A stretch of 64,000 nucleotides of DNA from Nitrosopumilaceae archaeon. GTDB taxonomy: Archaea > Thermoproteota > Nitrososphaeria > Nitrososphaerales > Nitrosopumilaceae. Every line of letters begins with the position of its first letter. Within the stretch, counting starts at the first letter, position 1. Under the pieces are notes generated by a model. The model made no database searches, was not told the DNA's origin, and saw nothing but the letters and a program-made list of their open reading frames with translations. A program made the translations under genes and the position numbers. Shown in pieces: positions 1-8,869 of this stretch. The stretch is from positions 1,024,001 to 1,088,000 of the forward strand of contig CBDCCK010000002.1 of assembly GCA_965214835.1 (NCBI GenBank). Direction: 5' to 3'.

Positions 1-296
1 CATGCCCCTGATCGTGCTTTTTTTCCTTATTATGGGTTCGGATCGTAGCCGCCTACAAGGTTTTGCACATGGATGTGCGACTGGGCTGCGCCCCAGAGTA
101 GACCTTCATAGTACATGAACCAGTTGGTCTTCAGGAGCTGGGAAGTTAACTGGTGCTGATTCTCCTTGGGAAGCATCAGGTGCCGGGAAAGCATCGGGAT
201 CTGGAACTTGTGGTAGCAGGGAGTAGGTTTGCAGATTCTGTTAGCCGCCGAGTGATGCGAGGAGGTGCCTCATGGAAATGATACTTACTATACGAT

Positions 297-372
297 AGAC
301 TTTGCGTAATAGACCTGAATGAAATGAATTTGTTCCTAATAATCCTAGATCTGAACCGATTACGCAAAGTCT
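297..372. mobile_element. MITE family A (76 bp)
   Basis: Perfect 14-bp TIR AGACTTTGCGTAAT (297-310) / ATTACGCAAAGTCT (359-372); homologous copies at 20595-20762 and 10001-10022. Confidence 0.8.
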
Positions 373-661
373 CATGCCTGAAAAACTAGGACTTAATCAC
401 CAACATGATCAACGGTTCCCTGACCAAAAGAGTCAAGGATCACGAGGGCATCACATATGACATCCACTGGCATGCACTGGCAACACACGGTACGTCAAGG
501 GGCGCGCGCAGGCTTTCGTCGAGTACGACCCCAGATGAGCACAGGATCTCAAGTACACCAACCACCACAAGAAAGAGTCCTGTTCCTGTACGCAGACGGC
601 ATTATAATGGTCGGTGCTGTGCTCGGGATCGTACTGATGGTGCAGTATCCACACTACAATC

Positions 662-726
662 GATCATAATTTTGACACATCATGTCTATTCTGACACAAA
701 GACGGCTGGTTTTCAATCGTAGGCGC
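662..726 (+). repeat. Dispersed ~60-bp repeat (copy 1 of 3), probable IS terminal remnant
   Basis: GATCATAATTTTGACACATCrTGyCTATT...TTTTCAA also at 26656 and 37632. Confidence 0.7.
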
Positions 727-741
727 ACGGATGCCAACATC

Positions 742-1335
742 TCACAGTTCGGCTCTTCTCACCTCTCCGCCTGGGCTGGATTCTGCAAATACTATGCCTC
801 CAAATTTCAAGACCTCCACACCATCCTGCTTCCAGCAGTCCCTGCCTAGTCCGGCCTTTTGACACGTATGCTCTAGGAACTCCCTCTCGCTCCAGTCGTA
901 CTCTACTGGAACCTGCGGCAGGAGCAGTCCCGAGCTGGATCCCCTTCTTATCAGTAGTCCGTCTCGTCCGACCCTGATCTTCTCCGGATACTCCTCGAAG
1001 CCTTTGACGTCAATTGTCTCGGGCTCAGTCAGCACCGTGACCTCGAACGTTATCTCGCCTAGCTCCTCCGGGCCGACCGGGGCAAACCGTGGATCGTCTG
1101 TTGCCGCAGCAATTGCAGCATCCCTCAGTGCCGACGAAAGCGTCTTGCTGGGAAGCGGATAGCCGATACACCCCCTCAGGCCGTGGTTCTTGTTCAGCGT
1201 CACAAACACGCCTGATGGAAACGAGAACCTCTCCTCAAACTCCTTATCCGGCGACTCGTCCTTCCTCAAAAAGCACTCGACTGCCCTTCTTGCCTGTCTT
1301 ACAAGCAGGGTTCCGTCCTCATCTGACACGCGCAT
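742..1335 (-). CDS. AMMECR1-domain protein (TIGR00296 family)
   Basis: GVFVTL, LRGCIG, DPRF and GLLLPQV motifs; start placed at MRVSDEDG. Confidence 0.9.
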   Translation of the reverse strand: MRVSDEDGTLLVRQARRAVECFLRKDESPDKEFEERFSFPSGVFVTLNKNHGLRGCIGYPLPSKTLSSALRDAAIAAATDDPRFAPVGPEELGEITFEVTVLTEPETIDVKGFEEYPEKIRVGRDGLLIRRGSSSGLLLPQVPVEYDWSEREFLEHTCQKAGLGRDCWKQDGVEVLKFGGIVFAESSPGGEVRRAEL

Positions 1336-3244
1336 CCTGGCCCTCTCCCAGCTCCGTAATGTGCGAGCCTCCCGCGGGCAAGACCCGCACGAACTCGTCC
1401 AGTGAAATGGGCTTGGCAATCTCCTCGTGAACCTTGGTAAATTCCAGCTTGATCATCTTTGCGGCACTTGCCATGTCGCCGCTTGACGGCTCGATCGTGG
1501 CATAGCAGATGCTCTGCCTTTTTACGGGTCCGGGGGGGCCGCAGGTTACCAGGAAGCCGTCGTTGTACTGTATTATCCCGACTGCAAGCTTGAGCGATGC
1601 GACCCTCACGAAATTCCTCTGCCCGTCCACGATAAAGGAGCCCTTTGGCAGGAACTGCCCGCTGGGGGCCGCCTTTTTGATCTGCTCGGGCAGGACCCAG
1701 TACGAGCTCATGCCGTACATTGCCTCCCTCCACGCCCTGCTAAAGCAGACCGTCGCATGCGCGACCTCGTTGAGTCCGGCAGCCGTCGCATCCGCCGAGT
1801 TCTTTAAGATAAAAAACGGGGAGCCGAAGATCTCGGCATGAAAGACCCTGTCGTTTTTCTCCAGGTGCTTTCTTATCACCGCAGAGTTTGACGACGAGTC
1901 CCTTCCCCCGATCGCTATCATGTTGTCTGACGTGAAAAACCACCTGTATCTCTGGAACCATGCCCTTTTTACAATCTCCTGGAATCCTGCTGCCTCCTCC
2001 TGGCCCCTTGACTGGCCTTGCAGCCTTGCAATCCTTTTTTCCGTTCTTTTCATCTGATCCTCGATCGTCGGGACTGCATTGGACTGCTTTTTTGCCTCGT
2101 TGAATAGCGTAGATGCAATGGACTGCAGTGGCGAGCGTGGGTTTATCTCGATTTTCTCGTCTAGAACCTTGATGTAGGGAATCCCCTTGAGCGTTACAGG
2201 CTCTGCGCCGGCCTGCCTTAGCGAGTCGACTGCATGCTGCTCCTCTATCGAAAGTGTGCCCGTGGCGGCAAGACCCATGACTGCCTTTGCCACGCTTGTA
2301 ATCTGGCCGGATCTCTGCTTTACCGTCTCAACGGCCCGGGTCTGCTCCTCAAGCTGGCTTTGGTACTCCTGAATCTTCCTTTCCGTGGCACCCGACTGGA
2401 TTGTTTTTCCCGCATCCACTATACCCTCCGTAAAGATCCGATCCAGCCCCTCCATGAATGACGGAACCGGTTCTGCCCCGTCCTGCGTTGCAATCTCCAG
2501 CGGATATACCTCAGATGACTCTGCCCCTCTTACAATGATGCACTTGTGGTTGCCCTCCACGACGTCCCCGACCAGTTTTTTGGTCGTATCGTATATCTTC
2601 TCAATATCCCCCTCTGAGAGCGTGCTGGCCTGCCTTTTGGGATCAACTGCGGCCCTGTCAAAGATCTCCTCGGCATATTTTTTTGGAAGGCCCAAGCTCC
2701 TGCCCAGCCATCTGACTGACTCGATCTCTGAGCTTGCCATCCCATCAAAGTGCTCCCTTTTTACATCAAAGACATTCAGGCTGTTTGACGGGGGCGGGCT
2801 GTACTGCAGTCCTACTGCCAGCCTCCTGTGCCGCATGTCTATGGAGTGCAGCAGTGCCAGAATCTTCATGTCGGAATTGCACAGGATAAGGTTCCCGTCC
2901 CCGAACAGCTCTGCAACTAGGACGAACTCCTTTTCGAAGTTATTAAAGGTCAGGTATATGATGCGCTCTGCGCCGAACTGCTCGATTTTTATGACTTTTG
3001 CGCGTAAAAGATCATCTCGCAGCCTCTTTAGCATCCTGTTTGGCTCTATCGGATCAATCTTCCTTGACGTAGTCCATATTCCTGTGGTGGACAGCATCAT
3101 AAAGACATCCTCCCTTTCCGGATGATGCAGCTTGAATAGCAGGCTGCCCTTTGTAATGCCGTAAATGTTGCTCACATAGTACCCGTCGGTGCCCTTGCCT
3201 ATCTCGTTGACCAAATACCGCAACTCAATGCCTGCCAGATTCAC
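1319..3244 (-). CDS. Rqc2/RqcH (NFACT, FbpA-like) ribosome quality control protein
   Basis: NFACT-N (ELFGDGNLIL), coiled coil, NFACT-R (GGRD..N..V, FHA, G.FLPKGSF); GTG start inferred. Confidence 0.9.
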   Translation of the reverse strand: MNLAGIELRYLVNEIGKGTDGYYVSNIYGITKGSLLFKLHHPEREDVFMMLSTTGIWTTSRKIDPIEPNRMLKRLRDDLLRAKVIKIEQFGAERIIYLTFNNFEKEFVLVAELFGDGNLILCNSDMKILALLHSIDMRHRRLAVGLQYSPPPSNSLNVFDVKREHFDGMASSEIESVRWLGRSLGLPKKYAEEIFDRAAVDPKRQASTLSEGDIEKIYDTTKKLVGDVVEGNHKCIIVRGAESSEVYPLEIATQDGAEPVPSFMEGLDRIFTEGIVDAGKTIQSGATERKIQEYQSQLEEQTRAVETVKQRSGQITSVAKAVMGLAATGTLSIEEQHAVDSLRQAGAEPVTLKGIPYIKVLDEKIEINPRSPLQSIASTLFNEAKKQSNAVPTIEDQMKRTEKRIARLQGQSRGQEEAAGFQEIVKRAWFQRYRWFFTSDNMIAIGGRDSSSNSAVIRKHLEKNDRVFHAEIFGSPFFILKNSADATAAGLNEVAHATVCFSRAWREAMYGMSSYWVLPEQIKKAAPSGQFLPKGSFIVDGQRNFVRVASLKLAVGIIQYNDGFLVTCGPPGPVKRQSICYATIEPSSGDMASAAKMIKLEFTKVHEEIAKPISLDEFVRVLPAGGSHITELGEGQDARVR

Positions 3245-3344
3245 ACAATACTCTTGCAAATCTGAAATTAATAGCCTTGCTAATCGGGCCTGCCCTGACC
3301 AAAGATTTTAAACGAGGCTGGGCACAGTCACGATAGAAATTTCA

Positions 3345-3857
3345 TTGGCCAGATTCAAGAAGAAAAAATCAGCCCCGACAAAGGGACGGGACGAGCCTAA
3401 AAAGGAGGCCCCAGAGGAGGGTATTGAGCCTGCAGAGGGCCCCGGAGAGGGGCCGACAAGGGCGCCTCCTGCCGAGGACAGGGCACCTGCCACCGAGGAC
3501 GCCTCCAAGGACGAGTCCATCAGTGCGGCACAGCAAAACGAGAAGGACAGCAAGCTAAACAGGCTGTTCTGGATGAGGGTCGTATTTGCCATAGCTGCCG
3601 GCGTTACTGCAACCTTCCTCTTTGACTCCGTCGAGGGCGAGGAAAGAAGATGGGCCTCGATCGGATTCATGATAATCGTCTTTATTGCGACCATAGTTAT
3701 AGGAAAAACAATGCGCATTCCGTTTGCGCTTTCGGACAGAAAGAAGATTGTAACCCAGGGCATAGGAAGCTACATCTTCGTCTACCTGTTCATGTGGGTT
3801 CTATCGTACACCTTGGTCAACGTCGGCAGCGTAGAATCCGCCATGCCATTCCCGTAG
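3345..3857 (+). CDS. Hypothetical membrane protein (3 TM) with low-complexity N-terminus
   Basis: Three hydrophobic segments after an acidic Pro-rich linker; lies directly upstream of cbiT. Confidence 0.7.
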   Translation: MARFKKKKSAPTKGRDEPKKEAPEEGIEPAEGPGEGPTRAPPAEDRAPATEDASKDESISAAQQNEKDSKLNRLFWMRVVFAIAAGVTATFLFDSVEGEERRWASIGFMIIVFIATIVIGKTMRIPFALSDRKKIVTQGIGSYIFVYLFMWVLSYTLVNVGSVESAMPFP

Positions 3858-3867
3858 CTGATCTGAG

Positions 3868-4467
3868 ATGTGGAACCACAGGACTCCCGGCATTCCAGAC
3901 GGGGAGTTTGAGCGCACGGACAGGGTTCCGATTACAAAAGAGGAGGTGCGCGTAGTCCAGATAAGCAAGGCCAGGCTCGACGAGGGCCAGACCGTATATG
4001 ATATCGGCTGCGGCAGCGGCTCTGTTACCGTAGAGGCCGGACTGCAGGTGGGCGCCTCTGGAAGAATACTTGCAATTGACCTTGACGAGCGTGCAATCGA
4101 CCTGACAAAAAGGAACCTAGAGAAGTTTGGCGTCTCAAACGTTGACTTGATCCTAGGAAACGCCAAGGAAAAAATACCCGGCCTGCCGACTGCCGACTCT
4201 GTCTTCATAGGGGGTACGGGGGGGGATACGGCCGAGATCATCCGGCTGTGCGAGGGCAAGCTCAAAGGCGGCGGACGGATGGTAGTCGGAACCATCCTGA
4301 TTGAGACCCTTCACTCGGTTCTGGGCATACTTGACAGGCTTGATTTTTCAGAGGTGGACATCACGCAGGTCACCGTCTCAAAGAGCAAAAGAACCCCCAC
4401 CGGTACAATGATGCTTGCCAGAAATCCCGTTACCGTGATCTCTGCTACTAAAAACCGGACAGCTTAG
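3868..4467 (+). CDS. cbiT: Cobalt-precorrin-6B C15-methyltransferase (decarboxylating)
   Basis: ITKEEVR, DIGCGSGSV SAM motif, FIGG, ARNPV. Confidence 0.93.
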   Translation: MWNHRTPGIPDGEFERTDRVPITKEEVRVVQISKARLDEGQTVYDIGCGSGSVTVEAGLQVGASGRILAIDLDERAIDLTKRNLEKFGVSNVDLILGNAKEKIPGLPTADSVFIGGTGGDTAEIIRLCEGKLKGGGRMVVGTILIETLHSVLGILDRLDFSEVDITQVTVSKSKRTPTGTMMLARNPVTVISATKNRTA

Positions 4468-4497
4468 GTTTTAACTGGGATGGACACAAATCCCCTC

Positions 4498-5217
4498 ATG
4501 CCTGGACTGACTGCAATCGGGGTGGGCCCCGGCGACCCGGATCTTCTTACCGTAAAGGCCGTCAAGGCAATCCGGGATGCCGACGTCATCATGTGTCCGG
4601 CATCCGGGGAGGACAGGCCAAGCATCGCGCTATCCGTGGCAAGGCCGCTAATCGACGAGTCAAGACAGGAGATTATCAGGCTGATCTTCCCGATGACCAA
4701 GGATACAGGTATCCTGGAGGAGACGTGGAGAAAAAACGCCGGAATCATGGCCGAGACCGTGCTGACTGGAAAAAACGTAGTGTATCTTACCGTCGGCGAT
4801 CCATACCTGTACAGCACGTGGATCTACATGCACAGGAACCTGGAATCAAACCATCCGAACATGCAGATTACGGTGGTTCCCGGGATCGTCTCGATGTTCA
4901 CCTTTGCATCCAAGGTCGGCATCAGCATAGCGGAAGGCTCAGAAAAGGTGGCCATAATCCCGTCATGCTATGACCTTACAACCGTAAGGGAGATTGCAAA
5001 GAATGCCGAGACCATGGTGTTCTTAAAGGACGGCAGGTACTTTGACCAGGTAATCGACCTGCTAAGGGAGTCCGGGTTCCCTGACGACTCTGTCTTTGCA
5101 ATAGGGCAGGATCTGGGCACTGATCACGAAATCATAAGAAAGCTTACCCTGAGAGAGGTAAACGACGGGACGCTGACTACGAAATACTTTTCAATACTGG
5201 TGGTAAAGCGTGTCTGA
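4498..5217 (+). CDS. cbiL: Precorrin-2 C20-methyltransferase
   Basis: GVGPGDPDLLTVKA, FPM, GDPYLYST, YFS motifs. Confidence 0.92.
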   Translation: MPGLTAIGVGPGDPDLLTVKAVKAIRDADVIMCPASGEDRPSIALSVARPLIDESRQEIIRLIFPMTKDTGILEETWRKNAGIMAETVLTGKNVVYLTVGDPYLYSTWIYMHRNLESNHPNMQITVVPGIVSMFTFASKVGISIAEGSEKVAIIPSCYDLTTVREIAKNAETMVFLKDGRYFDQVIDLLRESGFPDDSVFAIGQDLGTDHEIIRKLTLREVNDGTLTTKYFSILVVKRV

Positions 5218-5980
5218 GGTCTTTTTTGTCGGCTGCGGCCCCGGCGATCCCGATTTAATTACGGTAAAGGCCAAGAAGCTAATCCAAAGGGCAGACGTCG
5301 TGGTCTATTCGGGCTCGCTGATCCCGGATAAAATCCTGAAGATGTGCAAAAAGGCAAGGCTTTATGATGCCTCCAAGCTGGTCAGGGAGGAGATCCTTGA
5401 GCTGCTTTACAGGAATGCAAAAAAGGGCAGATCCGTAGTCAGGCTTCACGACGGGGATCCTTCAATCTACGGGGCAATAAGGGAGCAAATCGACGGCCTG
5501 AGCAAGCGGGGGGTCACATCCGAGGTCGTTCCGGGAGTCACCGCGTTTCTGGCCTCCGCTGCCGCGCTGGGAACCCAGCTGACGCTTCCCGGCGTCACCC
5601 AAACCGTCATTATAACCCGGGCAGAGTCCCGCACCAGGGTGCCGAGGCGCGAGCAGATCTCCGAGCTTGCACGGCACAGGGCGACCATGGCGTTTTATCT
5701 CAGCGTGCATCTTCTGCCCACGATCGTCAGGCAGTCAGTCCAGGGGGGATACAAAAAGTCCACCCCGGTTGCAGTCGTGTACCGCGCAAGCTGGCCCGAT
5801 CAGAAGGTGGTTGTAGGAACGCTGGAGGATATTGCAAAAAAGATCCGGGATGAAGAGATCACCCGGACTGCAATCATAATCATAGGCGATGCCGTAAGGC
5901 CTGCCAGCTATGAGTACTCTAGGCTTTATGACAAGGAGTTCAGCCACGGATACAGAAAGGCAAGGCCTACAAAAAAGTAA
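5210..5980 (+). CDS. cbiF: Precorrin-4 C11-methyltransferase
   Basis: GPGDPDLITVK, RLHDGDPSIYGAIREQ, ASWPDQ, SRLYD.EFSHGYR. Confidence 0.94.
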   Translation: MSEVFFVGCGPGDPDLITVKAKKLIQRADVVVYSGSLIPDKILKMCKKARLYDASKLVREEILELLYRNAKKGRSVVRLHDGDPSIYGAIREQIDGLSKRGVTSEVVPGVTAFLASAAALGTQLTLPGVTQTVIITRAESRTRVPRREQISELARHRATMAFYLSVHLLPTIVRQSVQGGYKKSTPVAVVYRASWPDQKVVVGTLEDIAKKIRDEEITRTAIIIIGDAVRPASYEYSRLYDKEFSHGYRKARPTKK

Positions 5981-6719
5981 CCTTGTTTTTAATCCCCAGC
6001 CTTTTCAGGTTGTCCCCAAACGCACCAGTCTCATCCGTCGAGTAGATCCTCAGAGAGTTCTTCTTTGCAGGGCTGACCTTTTTGCCTATTTCCATTGCAA
6101 TGTCCCGTGCGGGATCCAGAAATTTTATCTCGGGAAACAACTCCTCTAAAAGTCCTCTTAAAAACGGCAGGTGCGTGCTTGAGAGCGTGGCGACATCGAT
6201 GCCGTCTTTCCTAAAACGCCTTTCCAGCGTGGCACGGATTACCTTCCTGGTTTTTTCCACGTCATTTAAAAAATCCCCGGACTCTACCAGCCCCACCAGA
6301 TCCGAGCAGTTAACCTTGTGAATCTTGATCACGTCAGAAATCCTCTGGCTCTGGATATAGGCTGGCAGTGACCTGCTTTTTACCATCGCCTGCGTTGTCA
6401 GGATCGCTATGCTCTTTGAGGCCGACTCCCTCTGGGCCCTTTTTATCGGCGGTTTCACGGCAAGAACCCTCGGTGACTCGACATCCAGCAGGATTGACGG
6501 CGTGTTTGATCCTACCACGATAAGGTCCGGGCCGAACCGCTCCTCTAGCATGCATATGGTATCCCCGATGATCTTTTTGAGTTCCGCCCTCCTCTTCAGC
6601 CCGTATGGAAAGTTTTTCTGATCTGCCAGGTAGATGATCTCGCACTTTACCTCCTCCCGGATTGCCCGGATGACAGACAGCGAGCCCAGCCCCGAGTCAA
6701 AGACCGCAATTCTTGCCAA
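5967..6719 (-). CDS. Glutamate racemase (MurI)-like protein with Ser at both catalytic positions
   Basis: FDSGLG, D..NFPYG; GSNT in place of ACNT and LSSTH in place of LGCTH. Confidence 0.85.
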   Translation of the reverse strand: MARIAVFDSGLGSLSVIRAIREEVKCEIIYLADQKNFPYGLKRRAELKKIIGDTICMLEERFGPDLIVVGSNTPSILLDVESPRVLAVKPPIKRAQRESASKSIAILTTQAMVKSRSLPAYIQSQRISDVIKIHKVNCSDLVGLVESGDFLNDVEKTRKVIRATLERRFRKDGIDVATLSSTHLPFLRGLLEELFPEIKFLDPARDIAMEIGKKVSPAKKNSLRIYSTDETGAFGDNLKRLGIKNKVTFL

Positions 6720-6828
6720 TATTGGGGACTGGCCCGAGCCTAGAGATAAGGGTTGGTTAGCTAAATTTAGCCTAAAGTCGATCTAAATATACACCGCCCA
6801 TTAAGAGTGGATTTCTAAAGAGTCAGCC

Positions 6829-7479
6829 ATGCCAAACTTTGACAAGAACTGGGCTCGTCAAGAGACCCAGAGCGTAACTGGCAAGCTTCGTGACGCGGTA
6901 AAGCCGCAGGGTGCGCTAAAGCCGCGCATCCAGACTGCAGTCAACAAGTTGCAGGTCCAGATCTCCAAGATGGACTCTATGCTTACAAAACTACGTGAAA
7001 GAGACGCGCAGCTCTTCCAGAGGATTGTAACGGCCATGCAGCAGCACGACACTGCAGCAAGCAAGGTTCTATCCAACGAGCTGGCAGAAATACGCAAGGT
7101 ATCAAAGATGCTTGGCAACGCAAGAATGTCACTCGAGCAGGTTCAATTAAGACTGACTACTATTCATGATCTCGGTGATGCCATGGTTGCAATCGGACCG
7201 GCAATGTCTACAATGAAGGGATTAAAGTCATCGCTGGGAAGATTCATGCCTGAGGCAGACTCTGAGCTAAACTCCATGACACAGACGCTCAATGGACTTA
7301 TGATGGACTCTCTTGCAGGAGATTCGTTTAACATGGAATCTGACGTCTCAAACGAGGAGACCGACAAGATTCTACAGGAAGCCTCCGCAGTTGCTGAGCA
7401 GCAGATCGGTGACAAGTTCCCATCTGTGCCAACTCCCACGGGACTCTCGTCTGAGACCTCAACCTCTACCTTTGAGTAG
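6829..7479 (+). CDS. ESCRT-III / CdvB paralog (Snf7 domain)
   Basis: Helical Snf7 pattern NELAEIRK..LEQVQLRL, C-terminal ILQEA and PSVP. Confidence 0.85.
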   Translation: MPNFDKNWARQETQSVTGKLRDAVKPQGALKPRIQTAVNKLQVQISKMDSMLTKLRERDAQLFQRIVTAMQQHDTAASKVLSNELAEIRKVSKMLGNARMSLEQVQLRLTTIHDLGDAMVAIGPAMSTMKGLKSSLGRFMPEADSELNSMTQTLNGLMMDSLAGDSFNMESDVSNEETDKILQEASAVAEQQIGDKFPSVPTPTGLSSETSTSTFE

Positions 7480-7497
7480 GTTGCAGCCAGGCGTCTG

Positions 7498-8163
7498 TCA
7501 TCCTTTTTGTTTATCCAGCAGCCTTCGAACCCTTCTGAATATCATGTTCCAGTCCCTCCAGAGCAGCCTTCCCGTCTGCGTGTTCTGCCTGCTTGGATGG
7601 TACGAGCACAGAACGGTGAACCGGCCGTGCTCAAACGTGTTTCCGTGCCCGAACCTCTGGCCCTTGATGCACAGGATCTCCGATACCGCATCAAAGGCGA
7701 TTTTTCCCAGGCATACGATGATCCTGGTCTTACTCAGTATCTGCAGCTCCTCTTTGAGGTATGCCGAGCACTCTTGCAGTTCCTGCCTTGTCGGCCTGTT
7801 TTGGGGCGGCGCGCACCTGGCGGCTGCCGTAAAGTATGCATCATGCAGCACGAGGCCGTCGTCTTTTGCCTCGCTGGTCGGCTGCGATGAGAATCCGTTC
7901 TCGTACAGCGTCCTTGCAAGCCAGTCCGCAGACGAGTCCCCCGTAAACATCCTGCCTGTACGCGTGCCCCCGTGCGCCGCGGGGGCCAGGCCCACTACCA
8001 GTACCCTGCAGTTGCAGTCTCCAAACCCCACAAGCGGCCTGCCCCAGTATTTCTGGTCTGCAAACCTTCGGACCTTCACCTTGGCAACCTCTGCGATGTA
8101 CTGCGTCAGTCTAGGGCATTTTTTACACCTGACGATCCTCCTGTTGAGTGATTCTAGGGACAT
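7498..8163 (-). CDS. Uracil-DNA glycosylase, family 5
   Basis: CxxCPRL, GLAPAAHGG.RTGR.FTGD, YHPS.QNT; start placed at MSLESLN. Confidence 0.92.
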   Translation of the reverse strand: MSLESLNRRIVRCKKCPRLTQYIAEVAKVKVRRFADQKYWGRPLVGFGDCNCRVLVVGLAPAAHGGTRTGRMFTGDSSADWLARTLYENGFSSQPTSEAKDDGLVLHDAYFTAAARCAPPQNRPTRQELQECSAYLKEELQILSKTRIIVCLGKIAFDAVSEILCIKGQRFGHGNTFEHGRFTVLCSYHPSRQNTQTGRLLWRDWNMIFRRVRRLLDKQKG

Positions 8164-8211
8164 CGGACTTGTCGTGTAACTGCCATGTAAAAATTGTTGG
8201 AAGTTACGTTT

Positions 8212-8292
8212 GTGCGTGGTCACTCCCCTACCAGTCAGGCACGGTTTTGCGTGCAGCTGTGGCTTTGTCCAGCAAAGAGACGTGACCCCATC
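8212..8292 (+). mobile_element. MITE family B, degenerate internally shortened copy
   Basis: GTGCGTGGTCAC...CCAGCAAAGAGACGTGACCCCATCC resembles the 93-bp units at 31139, 23869 and 41974. Confidence 0.65.
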
Positions 8293-8356
8293 CGAGTCAG
8301 AAAAACCACAAGCTGAAGATTTTGTATATTCCCTGAGAGGCCCCAGGCAGGCAAGA

Positions 8357-8480
8357 CTACCAGTCTTCCCAGGAGTAACCGACTCGTGGCGGTGCAGGAG
8401 GCGACATGCGGATCTGCAGGCAGCCTTGCTTGAACCTTTCGAGTTTGAAGCCGTTTTGCGGGTTACTTCTGGGAAGACGT
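8357..8480 (+). repeat. Repeat family C, partial copy
   Basis: GACTCGTGGCGGTGCAG..TGCGGATCTGCAGGCAG..GCCGTTTT matches reverse complement of 14770-14890 and 38673-38790. Confidence 0.75.
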
Positions 8481-8869
8481 GGGCCCGCGCCGGGCTCACG
8501 TCCGATATGAGACGACACATAACGGCAGAGGGCGACTGGGACGCCTACAATATCCCTACCATTTTTTATTTCCCAAGCGAAATGTGCAAGTATTTGATCC
8601 GCTTCCAGTTTTGTCAGCCTGGCACAAGCCTAGGACGCTTCGCTTGGCTACGAGTATGTCATTTCAGCATCCTGGGTTTTTTCGCTTGGTTCAGGGCATG
8701 CCAAATCCGGATGCCGTCATGCCGGGCAGAGCACCGGGAATCTGTCCTCTTCCTGCCGGACTTGTTGCAGAAAGCCAGGGGGCATGATCTCCGATGAGAG
8801 CAGACTGCCTCCGGATCCTGCAGGCCAGATCCCGCACCGAGGACCGCGCCTACCATGCACAGTACTGGT

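Noticed and set aside
2385-3125. Long antisense ORFs (this one and others such as 14666-15349, 25113-25709, 59547-60260)
   Set aside because: They are shadows of well-supported genes on the opposite strand and have no motifs of their own.
3400-3500. Short direct repeats in the membrane protein gene
   Set aside because: These are degenerate 21-30 bp tandem units in a low-complexity linker, not the 72-bp geometry.
8164-8520. Long N-terminal extension of the UDG ORF
   Set aside because: It runs through MITE and repeat sequence; homology begins at MSLESLN.
8629-8706. Degenerate 42-bp tandem repeat (TTCGCTTGG twice)
   Set aside because: Too diverged and short to interpret.
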